DNA of 64,000 nucleotides from NCBI GenBank assembly GCA_030390025.1, contig CM059433.1, positions 27,034,001 to 27,098,000 on the forward strand, in the 5' to 3' direction. The notes under the pieces were generated by a model, which had not been told where the DNA came from, made no database searches, and was given only the letters and a program-made list of their open reading frames with translations. The position numbers and the translations under genes are program-made. Origin of the DNA: Squalus acanthias (lineage: Eukaryota). Positions 48,897-60,725 of this stretch are shown here, one piece after another (the first letter of the stretch is position 1; the number at the start of each line of letters is the position of its first letter).

Positions 48897-51485
48897 TCAA
48901 TATGAGAGAAAACTAGCAAGGAATATAAAAGCAGATTGTAAGAGCTTCTACAAGTATGTAATAAGGAAGAGAGTAGCAAAAGTAAACGTTGGTCCCTTGG
49001 AGGCTGAGACAGGAGAAATTATTATGGGGAATAAGGAAATGGCAGAAACATTAAACAAATATTTTGTATCTGTCTTCACAGCAGAAGACACAAAAAGCAT
49101 ACCAAAAATGGTGGGGAATCAAGGGTCTAATGAGGGTGAGGAACTTAACGTAATTAATATAAGTAGAGAAAAAGTACGAGAGAAACTAATGGGACTAAAA
49201 GCCGACAAATCCCCTGGACCTGACGGCCTACATCCTAGGGTTCTAAAAGAGGTGGCTGAAGAGATAGTAAATGCATTGGTTTTGATCTTCCAAAATTCCC
49301 TAGATTCTAGAATGGTCCCAGTGGATTGGAAGGACGCAAATGTAACACCGCTATTCAAGAAAGGAGAAAAAAACAGGGAACTAAAGACTAGTTAGCCTGA
49401 CATCAGTCGTCGGGAAAATGCTGGAATCCTTTGTTAAGGAAGTGGTATCAGGGCACTTAGAAAATCATAACATGATTAGGCAGAGTCAACATGGTTTTAT
49501 GAAAGGGAAATCATGTTTGACAAATTTATTAGAGTTTTTTGAGGATGTAACTAGCAGGATAGATAAAGGGGAACCAGTGGATGTAGTATATTTGGATTTC
49601 CAGAAGGCATTCGATAAGGTGCCACATAAAAGGTTATTACTCAAGGTTAGGGCTCATGGGGTTGGGGGTAATATAGTAGCATGGATAGAGGATTGGTTAA
49701 CGGACAGAAAAGAGAGAGTAGGGATAAACGGATCTTTTTCAGGTTGGCAGGCTGTAACTAGTGGGGTGCTGCAAGGATCAGTGTTGGGGCCTCAGCTATT
49801 TACAATCTATATTAATGACCTAGATGAAGGGACCGAGTGTAATGTATACAAGTTGGGACAGTAAGCTGTGAGGAGAACACTTTGGGCTGGATTTTCAATG
49901 ACCTGTGGAGTCGGGTTTGGAGGCGTGTGGGGGGTTAAAGTTGCGGGGTCGGGGGTCCCGACCTCATCCCGACTCCACGCAATTTTGACAAAATCGGTCA
50001 CGGAGTTCCCGACTCCGTCCCGCCTCCAAGAGGCGGGAGAGGCCATTAAAGCCCTTAGCAAGGCCTAAATTGGCTCTGTAATGCCATTTTGAAACGTTTT
50101 AGCTAGTTTAACCCTTTTCCGACATGAAGTACGCCTAATGTGAAACACTCCAGTGAAACCTGGCGGGAGCACCAGTGGATAGCTGACTATCAGCTGCAGG
50201 TCCACTATTACAACGGAGATGTGATGAAGGTAGTAGTAGTATTAGGTCTGAAAGTCGCCTCTGCTGCTGCATTGTCTTCAGAGACTGCCTGGCCTTGCTG
50301 TGAGAGGACCTGGATGGAAAAAAATCTCTATCTCTCTCATATTCATATTCATATCCAGGTCCACTCACAGCAAAAGCCAGGCAGTCTCTGAGACCAGGCA
50401 GGCAGTCTCTGACCTGCAATGATGACATCATCAGAGGCGACTTTCAGACTGAAACCACTAATTGGTTCATGGGTTCCCACATGCTAGAACTCAATTACCC
50501 AATTAAGTGAAAATTGCATCATTCATCCACGTTAATCTGGAGTCGGGGGGGCAACACGAAATGTGGCTAACACGAACCCAACCCGACCCCAAGACAAAAT
50601 CCAGCCCAAAGAGTCTGCAAAGGGATATAGATAGACTAAGTGAGTGGGCAGTAAGGTGGCAGATAGAGTATAATGTAGGGAAATGTGAGGTTATTCACTT
50701 TGGTAGGAAGAATAGAAAAACAGAATATTTTTTAAATGGTGAGAAATTTTCAAATGTTGGTGTTCAGAGAGATTTGGGTGTCCTCATGCAAGAAACACAG
50801 AAAACTAGCATGCAGGTACAGCAAGCAATAAGGAAGGCAAATGGCATGTTGGCCTTTATTGCAAGGGGGTTGGAGTATAAGAGTAAGGTAGTCTTGCTAC
50901 AATTGTACAGGGCCTTGGTGAGACCACACCTGGAGTACTGTGCACAGTTTTAGTCTCCTTATCTAAGGAAGGATATACTTGCCTTGGAGGCGGTGCAACG
51001 AAGGTTCACTAGATTGATTCCTGGGATGAGAGGGCTGTCCTGTGATGAGAGATTGTGTAGAATGGGCCTATACTCTCTGGAGTTTAGAAGAATGAGAGGT
51101 GATCTCATTGAAACATACAAGATTCTGAAGGGGATTGACAGGGTAGATGTTGAGAGGTTGTTTCCCCTGGCTGGAGTGTCTAGAACTAGGGGGCATAGTC
51201 TCAGGATAAGGGGTAGGCCATTTAAGACCGAGATTAGGAGGAATTTCCTCACTCAGAGGGTTGTGAATCTTTGGAATTCTCTGCCCCAGAAGGCTGTGAA
51301 TGCTAAGTCTTTGAGTATATTCAAGGCTGAGATAGATAGATTTTTGGACTCTAGGGGAATCAAGGGATATGGAGATCGGGCGGGAAAGTGGAGTTGATGT
51401 CGATGATCAGCCATGATCTTATTGAATGGCGGAGCAGGCTCGAGGGGCTGTATGGCCTACTCCTGCTCTTATTTCTTATGTTATT
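48897..51485 (+). mobile_element. CR1 LINE (ORF2 3' half, disrupted), split by a MITE
   Basis: ORFs 48853, 49418, 50507 and 50984 match the 59-1948 protein; 3' UTR with ttcttatg tail. Confidence 0.92.
49884..50607. mobile_element. Harbinger-type MITE sharing termini with family C
   Basis: TIR gggctggatttt / aaaatccagccc; first 160 bp or so similar to the 43031 copy, interior different; interrupts the CR1 codons EENT|KSLQRD. Confidence 0.88.
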
Positions 51486-51504
51486 AAACAGCGGAAGCAG
51501 CAGA

Positions 51505-52442
51505 TATCAATGTAGGAGGTATGATCAGTAAGTTCGCAGATGACACGAAAATTGGTGAAGTGGTAAATAGCAAGGAGGGAAGCCTCAGGCTACAGGACGA
51601 TATAGACGGGATGGTTAGATGGGCAGAACAGTGGCAAATGGAATTTAACCCTGAAAAGTGTGAGGTGATGCATTTTGGGAGGACTAACAAGGCAAGGGAA
51701 TACACAATGACTGGTAGGATCCTAGGAAGGACAGAGGATCAGAGGGACCTTGGTGTGCATGTACATAGATCCCTGAAGGCAGCAGGACAGGTAGATAAGG
51801 TGGTTAAAAAGGCATATGGGAAACTTGCCTTCATTAGCTGAGGCATAGAATATAAGAGCAGGGAGGTTATGATGGAGCTGTACAAAACGCTAGTTAGGCC
51901 ACAGCTGGAATACTGTGTGCAGTTCTGGTCACCACACTATAGGAGGGATGTGATTGCATTGGAGAGGGTGCAGAGGAGATTCACCAGGATGTTACCTGGG
52001 CTGCAGCGCTTCAGCTATGAAGAGAGACTGGACAGGCTGGGGTTGTTTTCCTTAGAGCAGAGAAGGCGGAGGGGGGACCTGATTGAGGTGTACAAAATTA
52101 TGAGGGGCATAGATAGGGTAGATAGAAAGGAACTTTTCCCCTTAGTAGAGGGGTCAATAATCAGGGGGCATAGTTTCAAGGTAAGGGGCAGAAGGTTTAG
52201 AGGGGATTTGAGGAAAAACTTTTTCACCCAGAGGGTGGTTGGAATCTGTAACTCACTGCCTGAAAGGGTGGTAGAGGCAGGAACCCTCACAACATTCAAG
52301 AAGCATTTAGATGAGCACTTGAAACGCCATAGCATACAAGGCTATGGACCAAGTGCTGGAAAATGGCATTAGAATATACAGGGCTTGATGGCCGGCGTGG
52401 ACACGATGGGCTGAAGGGCCTCTTTCTGTGCTATAACTCTAT
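51505..52442 (+). mobile_element. CR1 LINE 3' fragment (second subfamily)
   Basis: ISKFADDTKIG...RPQLEYCVQFWSP...GYGPSAGKW. Confidence 0.88.
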
Positions 52443-53295
52443 GACCATCCAAGACAAAGCAGCCCGCTTGATTGGCACCATTCCCTCCTTTTTTGTTTCG
52501 GTGCGCAGGCTCTTTAACTTGCTCCGCGGCCCATTCAAATGTTTGTGCATGCACAGTTTTTCTCATATAAAAGCCAGTGCGTGGCCTGCACGGGACCGTC
52601 AGAGCACGGCGCGGCCGTGCAGCTTAACGGGAAACACTGATTGGCACCCATCCACCACTGTAAAGATTCACTCCCTCCACCACCGATGCACCGTGGCTGC
52701 AGTGTGTACCAGCTACAAGATGCACTGCAGCAACTCGCTTCTTCGGGAGCACCTCCCAAACCCACGACCTCTACCACCTAGAAGGACAGGGGCAGCAAGT
52801 GCATGGGAACATCACCACCTCCAAGTTCCCCTCTAAGTTACACTCCATCCTGACTTGGAAATATATCGCCGTTCCTTCATCGTCGGTGGGTCAAAAACCT
52901 GGAAATCCCTACCTAACAGCACTGTGGGAGTACCTTCAGCACCTCCTGACTCCCGAAAGCCTTTCCACCACCTGCAAGGCACAAGTCAGGTGTGTGATAG
53001 AATACTCTCTACTTGCCTGGATGAGTGCAGCTCCAACAGCACTCGACACCATCCAAGACAAAGCAGCCCGCTTGATTGGCACCATTCCCTCATTTTTTTT
53101 TTCAGTGCGCGTGCCTTTTAACAGGCTCATTCAAATGTTGTACATACACAATTTTCTCATATAAAAGCCGGTGCGTGGCCGGCGCAGGACTTCAAGAATG
53201 CAGCTCACCACTACCTTCTTGAGGGCAATTAGGGATGGGCAATAAATGCTGGCTTTGCCAGCGATGCCCGCATCCTGTGAATGAATTTTTTAAAA
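52443..53295 (+). mobile_element. Rearranged 3' fragments of the 56793-59092 LINE family with short inserts
   Basis: TIQDKAARLIG segment present twice, each followed by a related insert attccctc...ataaaagcc(a/g)gtgcgtggcc. Confidence 0.65.
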
Positions 53296-54164
53296 ATATG
53301 GTGATCGGGAAAATTCCAAGCTCAGTTGCCAGCATGTTCCTGAGCTAACTCACTTCAGTGAGGGAGGCAGCAGACATGCTAAAATTTGATTCAGGTTAAA
53401 AATAGAAACAAATTTGCCAGGTTTCCCACTCTTGATCACTATTCAGTGACCCTACTAATGGAAATTTCATGTATGTGTCCTCACCCAATGTGGACAGTCA
53501 GGCTTGGATGTGATGCTCGCATTGATGATAGTCTGTTGACACTCAACACCTCGACGGACAGCTGGAGAGTGGCTAGCACTTGTGGAAAGTGAGTCAGCAT
53601 GAGTCAGTGCTCATGGGAGAGGAGTGGAGAAAATAAACTAAAATTGTGTCGTTCTTTGGATCTTTGATGAATGCTGTCACTGTAATTTAATGTAAAATGA
53701 AATACCGTACAATGGATCAAAGTCACATTTCTTGTAAAGTTTTCTGTTCCTTGCCAATTTCTTCCCTCCTCTGTTCTTGGAGGCGTTGACTTGGTACTGG
53801 GGTATGAATTCACAAACACCCTGGCTCAAATGGTCATTAATTGATGTGTGAGCCCCAACAGTGGGTGTTGCAAACTACTCATGCAGGAAGAGCATTACAG
53901 GCAAGTTCAAGCTAGTCCACACATGCACATTTCCAACAAGGGTTGGTGGATAGTAATAGCAGGAACTCTGATTGATTTCTCCCCAATCCAGGGAAGCCGA
54001 TGACTGCTCTGTCTGAGATCCACTAACTCAGCACAAACCAGGGCTGAACCTAGGACCATCCTGCTCTGTAAGGCTCAGCTGTCACTGGAAAACTTGTTAA
54101 GCCATCAGGGAGCTTCTTGTGAAGATTATGACAGGACCACGAAATGAGAACAGAAACACTATAC

Positions 54165-54236
54165 CTTTATTCCTTTCATTCCTGGCATTCCAGAATGTCC
54201 TGGCTGACCTGGTAAACCTGGTTCTCCTTCCGGCCC
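54165..54236 (-). CDS. COL21A1: Collagen XXI alpha-1-like coding exon (72 bp)
   Basis: tag|GGG CCG GAA...ATA AAG|gt; encodes GPEGEPGLPGQPGHSGMPGMKGIK. Confidence 0.88.
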
Positions 54237-54547
54237 CTATGAAATAAAAAACAAAAGCCATCATTTCACTTCTTAAGGAACTGCCATGACTAAACCAACC
54301 TCTTTTTATTCTCTCTTGTCCTTTTAGACCGCATTTTAGGCATTCAGTAAAGTCAAGCAGAATAGAAAAAATAAATATTCGTTACTGTCATGGTCAGATT
54401 GTGATTGTTCTGGTGCATGCTTATCTAAGCAAAAACCTTAAAAAGATTAGATGATATCCAGCAAAATTTTTGTTGAATAAAAGAAATATTCAATGAGTGA
54501 GCTTCACTCATGCTTTACAACCTATGAGTCGTAATTGATCTCAGTAA

Positions 54548-55890
54548 AGTCTAACACCTCCCCATGACATTCAACGGCATTACCATTGCCGAATCCCCCA
54601 CTATTAACATCCTGGGGGTCACCATTGACCAGAAACTTAACTGGACAAGCCAAATAAATACTGTGGCTACAAGAGCAGGTCAGAGGCTGGTTATTCTGTG
54701 GTGAGTGTCTCACCTCCTGACTCCCCAAAGCCTTTCCACCATCTACAAGGCATAAGTCAGGAGTGTGATGAAATACTCTCCATTTGCCAGGATAAGTGTA
54801 GCTCCAACAACACTCAAGAAGCTTGACACCATCCAGGACACAGCAGCCCACTTGATTGGCACCCCATCCATCACATTAAACATTCACTCCCTCCACCACC
54901 GGCGTACCGTGGCTGCAGTGTGTACCAGCTACTAGATACACTGCAGCAACTCGCCAAGGTTTGAGTACAGGAGTAAAGAAGTCTTACTCCAATTATATAG
55001 GGCCTTGGTGAGACCACACCTGGAGTACTGTGTACAATTTTGGTCTCCTTACCTAAGGAAGGATATACTTGCCATAGAGGGAGTGCAACGAAGGTTCACG
55101 AGATTGATTCCTGGGATGGCGGGATTGTCGTATGAGAAGAGATTGAGTAAACTAGGCCTGTATTCTCTTGAATTCAGAAGAATGAGAGGGGATCTCATTG
55201 AAGCATACAAAATTATTACAGGGCTTGATAGGGTGGATGCTGGGAGAATGTTTCCCTTGGCTGGGGAGTCTAGAACCAGGGGCCACAGCCTCAGGATAAA
55301 GGGTAGGCCATTCAGGACTGAGATGAGATGACATTTCTTCACACAGAGGGTGGTGAATCTTTGGATTCTCTACCCCAGAGGGCTGTGGAGGTTCAGTCAT
55401 TGGGTATATTCAAAACAGAAGTCGATAGATTTCTGACTAGTAAGGGCATCAAGGGATATGGCGATAGGGCCAGTGAATGGAGTTGAGGCAGAAGATCAGC
55501 CATGATCTCATTGAAAGGCGGAGCAGGCTCGAAGGGCCGAATGGCCTACTCCTGCTCCTATTTCTTATGTTCGATAGCATCTCCCAAACCCACCACCTCT
55601 ATCAACTAGAAGGACAAGGGCAGCAGGCGCATGGGAAAATCATCACCTCAAAGTTCCCCTCCAAGCTACACACCATCCTGACTTGGAAATATATCACCGT
55701 TCCTTCATTGTCACTTGGTCAAAATCCTTGAACTCCCTCCCAACAGCACTGTGGGAGTACTTTCACCTGACGGACTGCAGCGGTTCAAGAAGGCGGCTCA
55801 CCACCACCTTCTCAAGAGCAATTAGGGATGGGCAATCAATGTTGGCCTTGCCAGCGACGCCCACATCCCATGAACGAATAAAAAAAAAGT
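54548..55890 (+). mobile_element. LINE 3' fragment (56793-family) interrupted by a CR1 3' fragment (about 54958-55572)
   Basis: Sequence collinear with 58370-59090 on both sides of a CR1 segment VRPHLEYCVQFW... Confidence 0.8.
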
Positions 55891-55934
55891 ACTAGACAAT
55901 CTTCCATGGCATTGGCCGGAAGACTATCATGACA

Positions 55935-56145
55935 AATTTACAGTGTCGTCAGTGGGTAGAGGGTGTAATTACAGTGTGACAAGAGAGTGTAATTACAGTG
56001 TGACAAGTTTACAGTGTTACCAGTGGTAGGAGGATGTAATTACAGCGTGACAAGTTTATAGTATCACCAGTGTGTAATTACGGCATGACAAGTTTACAGT
56101 GTCACCAGTGGCTGGTAGGTGTAATTACAACGTGACAAGTTTACA
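55935..56145. repeat. Degenerate minisatellite
   Basis: About five imperfect units containing gtgtaattacagtgtgacaagtttacagtgtcaccagt. Confidence 0.75.
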
Positions 56146-56650
56146 TAGGTAGTTTCCATTATAAATATGGACATGGGAATTTATAATGGGAAAATGTTGA
56201 TATGGGAAAGCAATAAAAGCATGAAAAGATGGTACGTACTGGTGCTGCTGGGTTCACTCAGTCTGATTGTGCTGCTGAAATCAGCTTCTTACATTTTGAA
56301 GTTTTAAAAAGTGAGTAGTATTTAATGGATCCTTTCATAGTATAAAATAGATACACTAAATAGTGTCTTTGTTAACAACACTGATGCTCTTTTACAGCTT
56401 AAAACATTTCTGATACATTTACACAGTAATTAGTAAAATTCCACACTTGTTTATAAAGTAGAAGTATGGAACTACTGAATACTTTTTAATTCACAATATT
56501 CAATGCAGAAATTCACCAAAACTGGTCTTGCTTATTTAATTTGCAGAAATGCTATTTGGTCTGCAAAATGTGAATCAGAGTTGGGTTTGGACAGGATAAA
56601 AATGAACAACAATTTATATCATGATAAACTGTACAAATATGACCTTTTAC

Positions 56651-56704
56651 CTTATTGCCATGTTGCCCTTGAATTCCTTGGAATCCTCGTTCACCTTTGT
56701 TACC
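56651..56704 (-). CDS. COL21A1: Collagen XXI alpha-1-like coding exon (54 bp)
   Basis: Minus strand cag|GGT AAC AAA...AAT AAG|gt; encodes GNKGERGFQGIQGQHGNK, pure Gly-X-Y, phase 0/0. Confidence 0.88.
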
Positions 56705-56792
56705 CTGCATAATGAAGCAGACTGAGCCGTTTAATATTGCTATTTTATACATTTGTTTAAACTTTTAATGCATTAACAAATCGTCCTCACCA

Positions 56793-59092
56793 ATCTACCT
56801 GTCGCAGATGCATCTGTCCATGACAGTATTGGTAGCAGTGACCACCGCACAGTCCTTGTGGAGACGAAGTCCCGTCTTCACACTGAGGAGACCCTCCATC
56901 GTGTTGTGTGGCACTACCACCGTACTAAATGGGATAGATTCAGAACAGATCTAGCAGCTCAAAACTGGGCATCTATGAGGTGCTGTGGGCCATCAGCAGC
57001 AGCAGAATTGCAATCCACCACAATCTGAAACCTCATGGCCCAGCATATCCCTCACTCTATCATTACCATCAAGCCAGGCGACCAACCATGGTTCAATGAA
57101 GAGTGTAGAAGAGCATGCTAGGAGCAGCACCAGGCGTACCTAAAAATGAGGTGCCAACCTGGGGAAGCTGCAACACATTACTATATGCACGCCAAAAAGC
57201 AGAAGCAGCATGCTATAGACAGGGCTAAGCGGTTCCACAACCAACGGATCAGATCAAAGCTCTGCAGTGCTGCCACATCCAGTCGTGAATGGTGGTGGAC
57301 AATTAAACAACTTACGGGAGGAGGCGGCTCCATGAACATTCCCATCCTCAATGATGGCGGAGCCCAGCACACGAGTGCAAAAGACATGGCTGAAGCGATT
57401 GCAGCCATCTTCAGCCAGAAGTGCCGAGTGGATGATCCATCTCGGCCTCCTCCTGAGGTCCCCACTATCACAGAAGCCAATCTTCAGCCAATTCAATTCA
57501 CTCCACGTGATATCAAGGAAAGGCTGAGCGCATGGGATACAGCAAAGGCTATGGGCCCCTGACAATATCCTGGCTGTCGTGCTAAAGACTTGTGCTCCAG
57601 AACTAGCCGCGCCTCTAACCAAGCTGCTTCAGTAGAGCTATAACACTGGCATCTACCCGACAATGTGGAAAACTGCCCAGGTATGTCCTGTCCACAAAAA
57701 GCAGGACAAATCCAATACGGCCAATTACCGCCCCATCAGTCTACTCTCAATCATCAGCAAAGTGATGGAAGGTGTCATCGACAGTGCTATCAAGTGCCAC
57801 TTACTCTCCAATAACCTGCTCATCGATGCTCAGTTTGGGTTCCGCCAGGACCACTCGGCTCCAGACCTCATTACAGCCTTGGTCCAAACATGGACAAAAG
57901 AGCTGGATTCCAGAGGTGAGGTGAGAGTGACTGCTCTTGACATCAAGGCAGTATTTGACAGAGTGTGGCATCAAGGAGCCCTAGTAAAATTGAAGTCAAT
58001 GGGAATCAGGGGAAAAGCTCTCCACTGACTGGAGTCATACCTAGCACAAAGGAAGATGGTTGTGGTTGTTGGAGACCAATCATCACAGCCCCAGGACATC
58101 ACTGCAGGAGTTCCTCAGGTCAGTGTCCTAGGCCCAACTATCTTCAGCTGCTTCATCAATGACCTTCCCTCTATCATAAGGGGGGGATGTTCGCTGATGA
58201 TTGCAGAGTGTTCAGTTCCATTCGCAACTCCTCAGATAATGAAGCAGTCTATGCCCGCATGAGGCAAGACCTGGACTATATTCAGGCTTGGGCTGATAAG
58301 TGGCAAGTAACATTCGCGCCACACAAGTGCCAGGCAATGAGTATCTCCAACAAAACAGAGCCTAACCACTGCCCCTTGACATTCAACGGCATTACCATCG
58401 CCGAATCCAACATCAACATCTTGGGGGGTCACCAATGACCAGAAACTTAACTGCACCAGCCACATAAATACTGTGGCTACAACAGCAGGTCAGAGGCTGG
58501 GTATTCTGTGGCGAGTGATTCACCTCCTGACTCCCAAAGCCTTTCCACCATCAACAAGGCACAAGTCAGGAGTGTGATGGAATAATCTCCACTTGCCTGG
58601 ATGAGTGCAGCTCCAACAACACTCAAAAGGCTCGACACCATCCAGGACAAAGCAGCCTGCTTGATTGGCACCCCATCCACCACCTTAAACATTCACTCCC
58701 TCCACCACCGGCGCACCATAGCTGCAGTGTGTACCATCTACAAGATGTACTGCAGCAACTCGCCAAGGCTTCTTCAGCAGCACCTCCCAAACCCGCGACC
58801 TCTACCACATAGAAGGACAAGGGCAGCAGGCTCATGGGAACACCATCACCTCCAAGTTCCCCTCCAAGTCACACACCATCCTGACTTGGAAATATATCGC
58901 CGTTCCTTCATCGTCGCTGGGTCAAAATCCTGGAACTTCCTTCCTAACAGCACTATGGGAGTATCTTCAACATGCAGACTGCAGCGGGTCAAAAGGCAGC
59001 TCACTACCACCTTCTCAAAGGCAATTAGGGATGGGCAGTAAATCCTGGCCTTGCCAGCGACGCCTACATCCCGAAGGAAAAATTTAAAAAAA
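56793..59092 (+). mobile_element. Non-LTR retrotransposon (CR1/L2-group, family distinct from the CR1 copies), decayed ORF2
   Basis: SDH end of the APE domain, NYRPISLLSIISKVME, QFGFR, ALDIKAVFDRVWH, GVPQ.SVLGP, FADD; several stops and frameshifts. Confidence 0.85.
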
Positions 59093-59292
59093 TGTGGGAC
59101 AATAAAATGGACAACAATATTGGCAAACAATGATGTAGAATAGCAATGGGAAACATTAAAAACTGTGTTCAACAGAGTCCAGGAAAAATATATTCCACTA
59201 AAAAACGAGCAAACTAAAAACTAATGAGACACCATGGATGAATAAAGACATAAGGGAAAAATTGAGGGTAAGGAAAGAGGCATACACGAAGT

Positions 59293-60330
59293 AAAAATGA
59301 GAAGTCGCACAACACCAGGTTATAGTCCAACAGATTTATTTAATTTTACAAGCTTTCGAAGCAGTTCGCTCCTTCGTCAGGTAAGTTAGCAATGAGAGAA
59401 TCTCCCAGAATTCACAATTTAAACCCAGACAAAATCTATTCACATTATTCCCTACAACAAAGAGCACAGCCAAGACAATGAGATGTGTCCCAGGGGGTCC
59501 AACGTGTCAAACCAGATTACCCATCTTTCAGGAGAACAGCAACCAAGACACCACACAACCCTGCCACGGCAACCTCTGCAAGACATGCCAAATCATGGAC
59601 ACAGATACCATCATTACACGTGAGGACACTACCCACCAGGTACACGGTACATACTCATGTGACTCGGCCAACGTTGTCTACCTGATACGTTGCAGTAAAG
59701 GATGCTCCAGAGCATGGTACATCGGCGAGACCATGCAGACACTGAGACAACGTATGAACGGACACCGCGCAACAATCGCCAGGCAGGAGGGTTGCCTCCC
59801 AGTCGGGGAACACTTCAGCAGCCAGGGGCATTCAGCCTCGGATCTGCGGGTAAGCGTTCTCCAAGGCGGCCTTCGAGATACACGACAGCGCAAAATCATA
59901 GAGCAGAAACTGATAGCCAAGTTCCGCACTCATGAGGATGGCCTCAATCGCGATATCGGGTTCATGTCACGATACAGAACGTGACTTGACATCATGGCCG
60001 GTCTTCCCAGGTGTTTTTTTTTTAAAAAAGACTAACACAAGAACACAAATTGACAGGATATGCAGCCAGCAGGTGGTTTGACACGTTGGACCCCCTGGGA
60101 CACATCTCATTGTCTTGGCTGTGCTCTTTGTTGTAGGGAATAATGTGAATAGATTTTGTCTGGGTTTAAATTGTGAATTCTGGGAGATTCTCTCATTGCT
60201 AACTTACCTGACGAAGGAGCGAACTGCTTCGAAAGCTTGTAAAATTAAATAAATCTGTTGGACTATAACCTGGTGTTGTGCGACTTCTCATTTTTGTCCA
60301 CCCCAGTCCAACGCCGGCATCTCCACAACA
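59293..60330 (+). mobile_element. Penelope-like element, 5'-truncated, with an inverted pLTR at its 5' end; inserted in a decayed CR1 (about 59093-60722)
   Basis: 222-bp inverted arms 59293-59514 / 60074-60295, open GIY-YIG segment 59515-59984, 35-bp tail, TSD tacac(g/t)aagta. Confidence 0.92.
60204..60242 (+). ncRNA. Minimal type I hammerhead ribozyme; inverted copy at 59346-59384 (-)
   Basis: UUAC-CUGACGA-A-GGAGC gaacu GCUUC-GAA-AGCU-U-GUAA. Confidence 0.8.
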
Positions 60331-60725
60331 TACACTAAGTAAGACAGTGGAGGAGAGCATGACAAGAGAGATTACGAGAGAAGTAAAAAAAAAACAATTA
60401 GGAAGGCAAAGAGGAACTATGAAATGTAATTATCAAGGAACAAAATAGCAAAATATTCTACAGGCACATAAATAAAAAAGGAAAGTTACGACATTAGAAA
60501 CGATATAACCACATTTAAAATCAAACTCAAAGGGGATAAAACCTCTGGTCCGAACGGATTACATCTGCGCATTTTAAAGGAATCTAGGGAAGAAATAGCA
60601 GAGGCACTATTACACATATATAATAATTCGTTAGAAGAAGGTGTAGTGCCAGAGGATGGGCAGATAGCTAACATTATACCTATATTTAAAAAGGGAGATA
60701 GAACATATTCGGGGAGCTATAGACA

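Noticed and set aside
55935..56145. CRISPR-like repeat-spacer array
   Set aside because: The units are degenerate, the intervening segments are related to each other, there are no cas genes, and the context is eukaryotic. It is a minisatellite.
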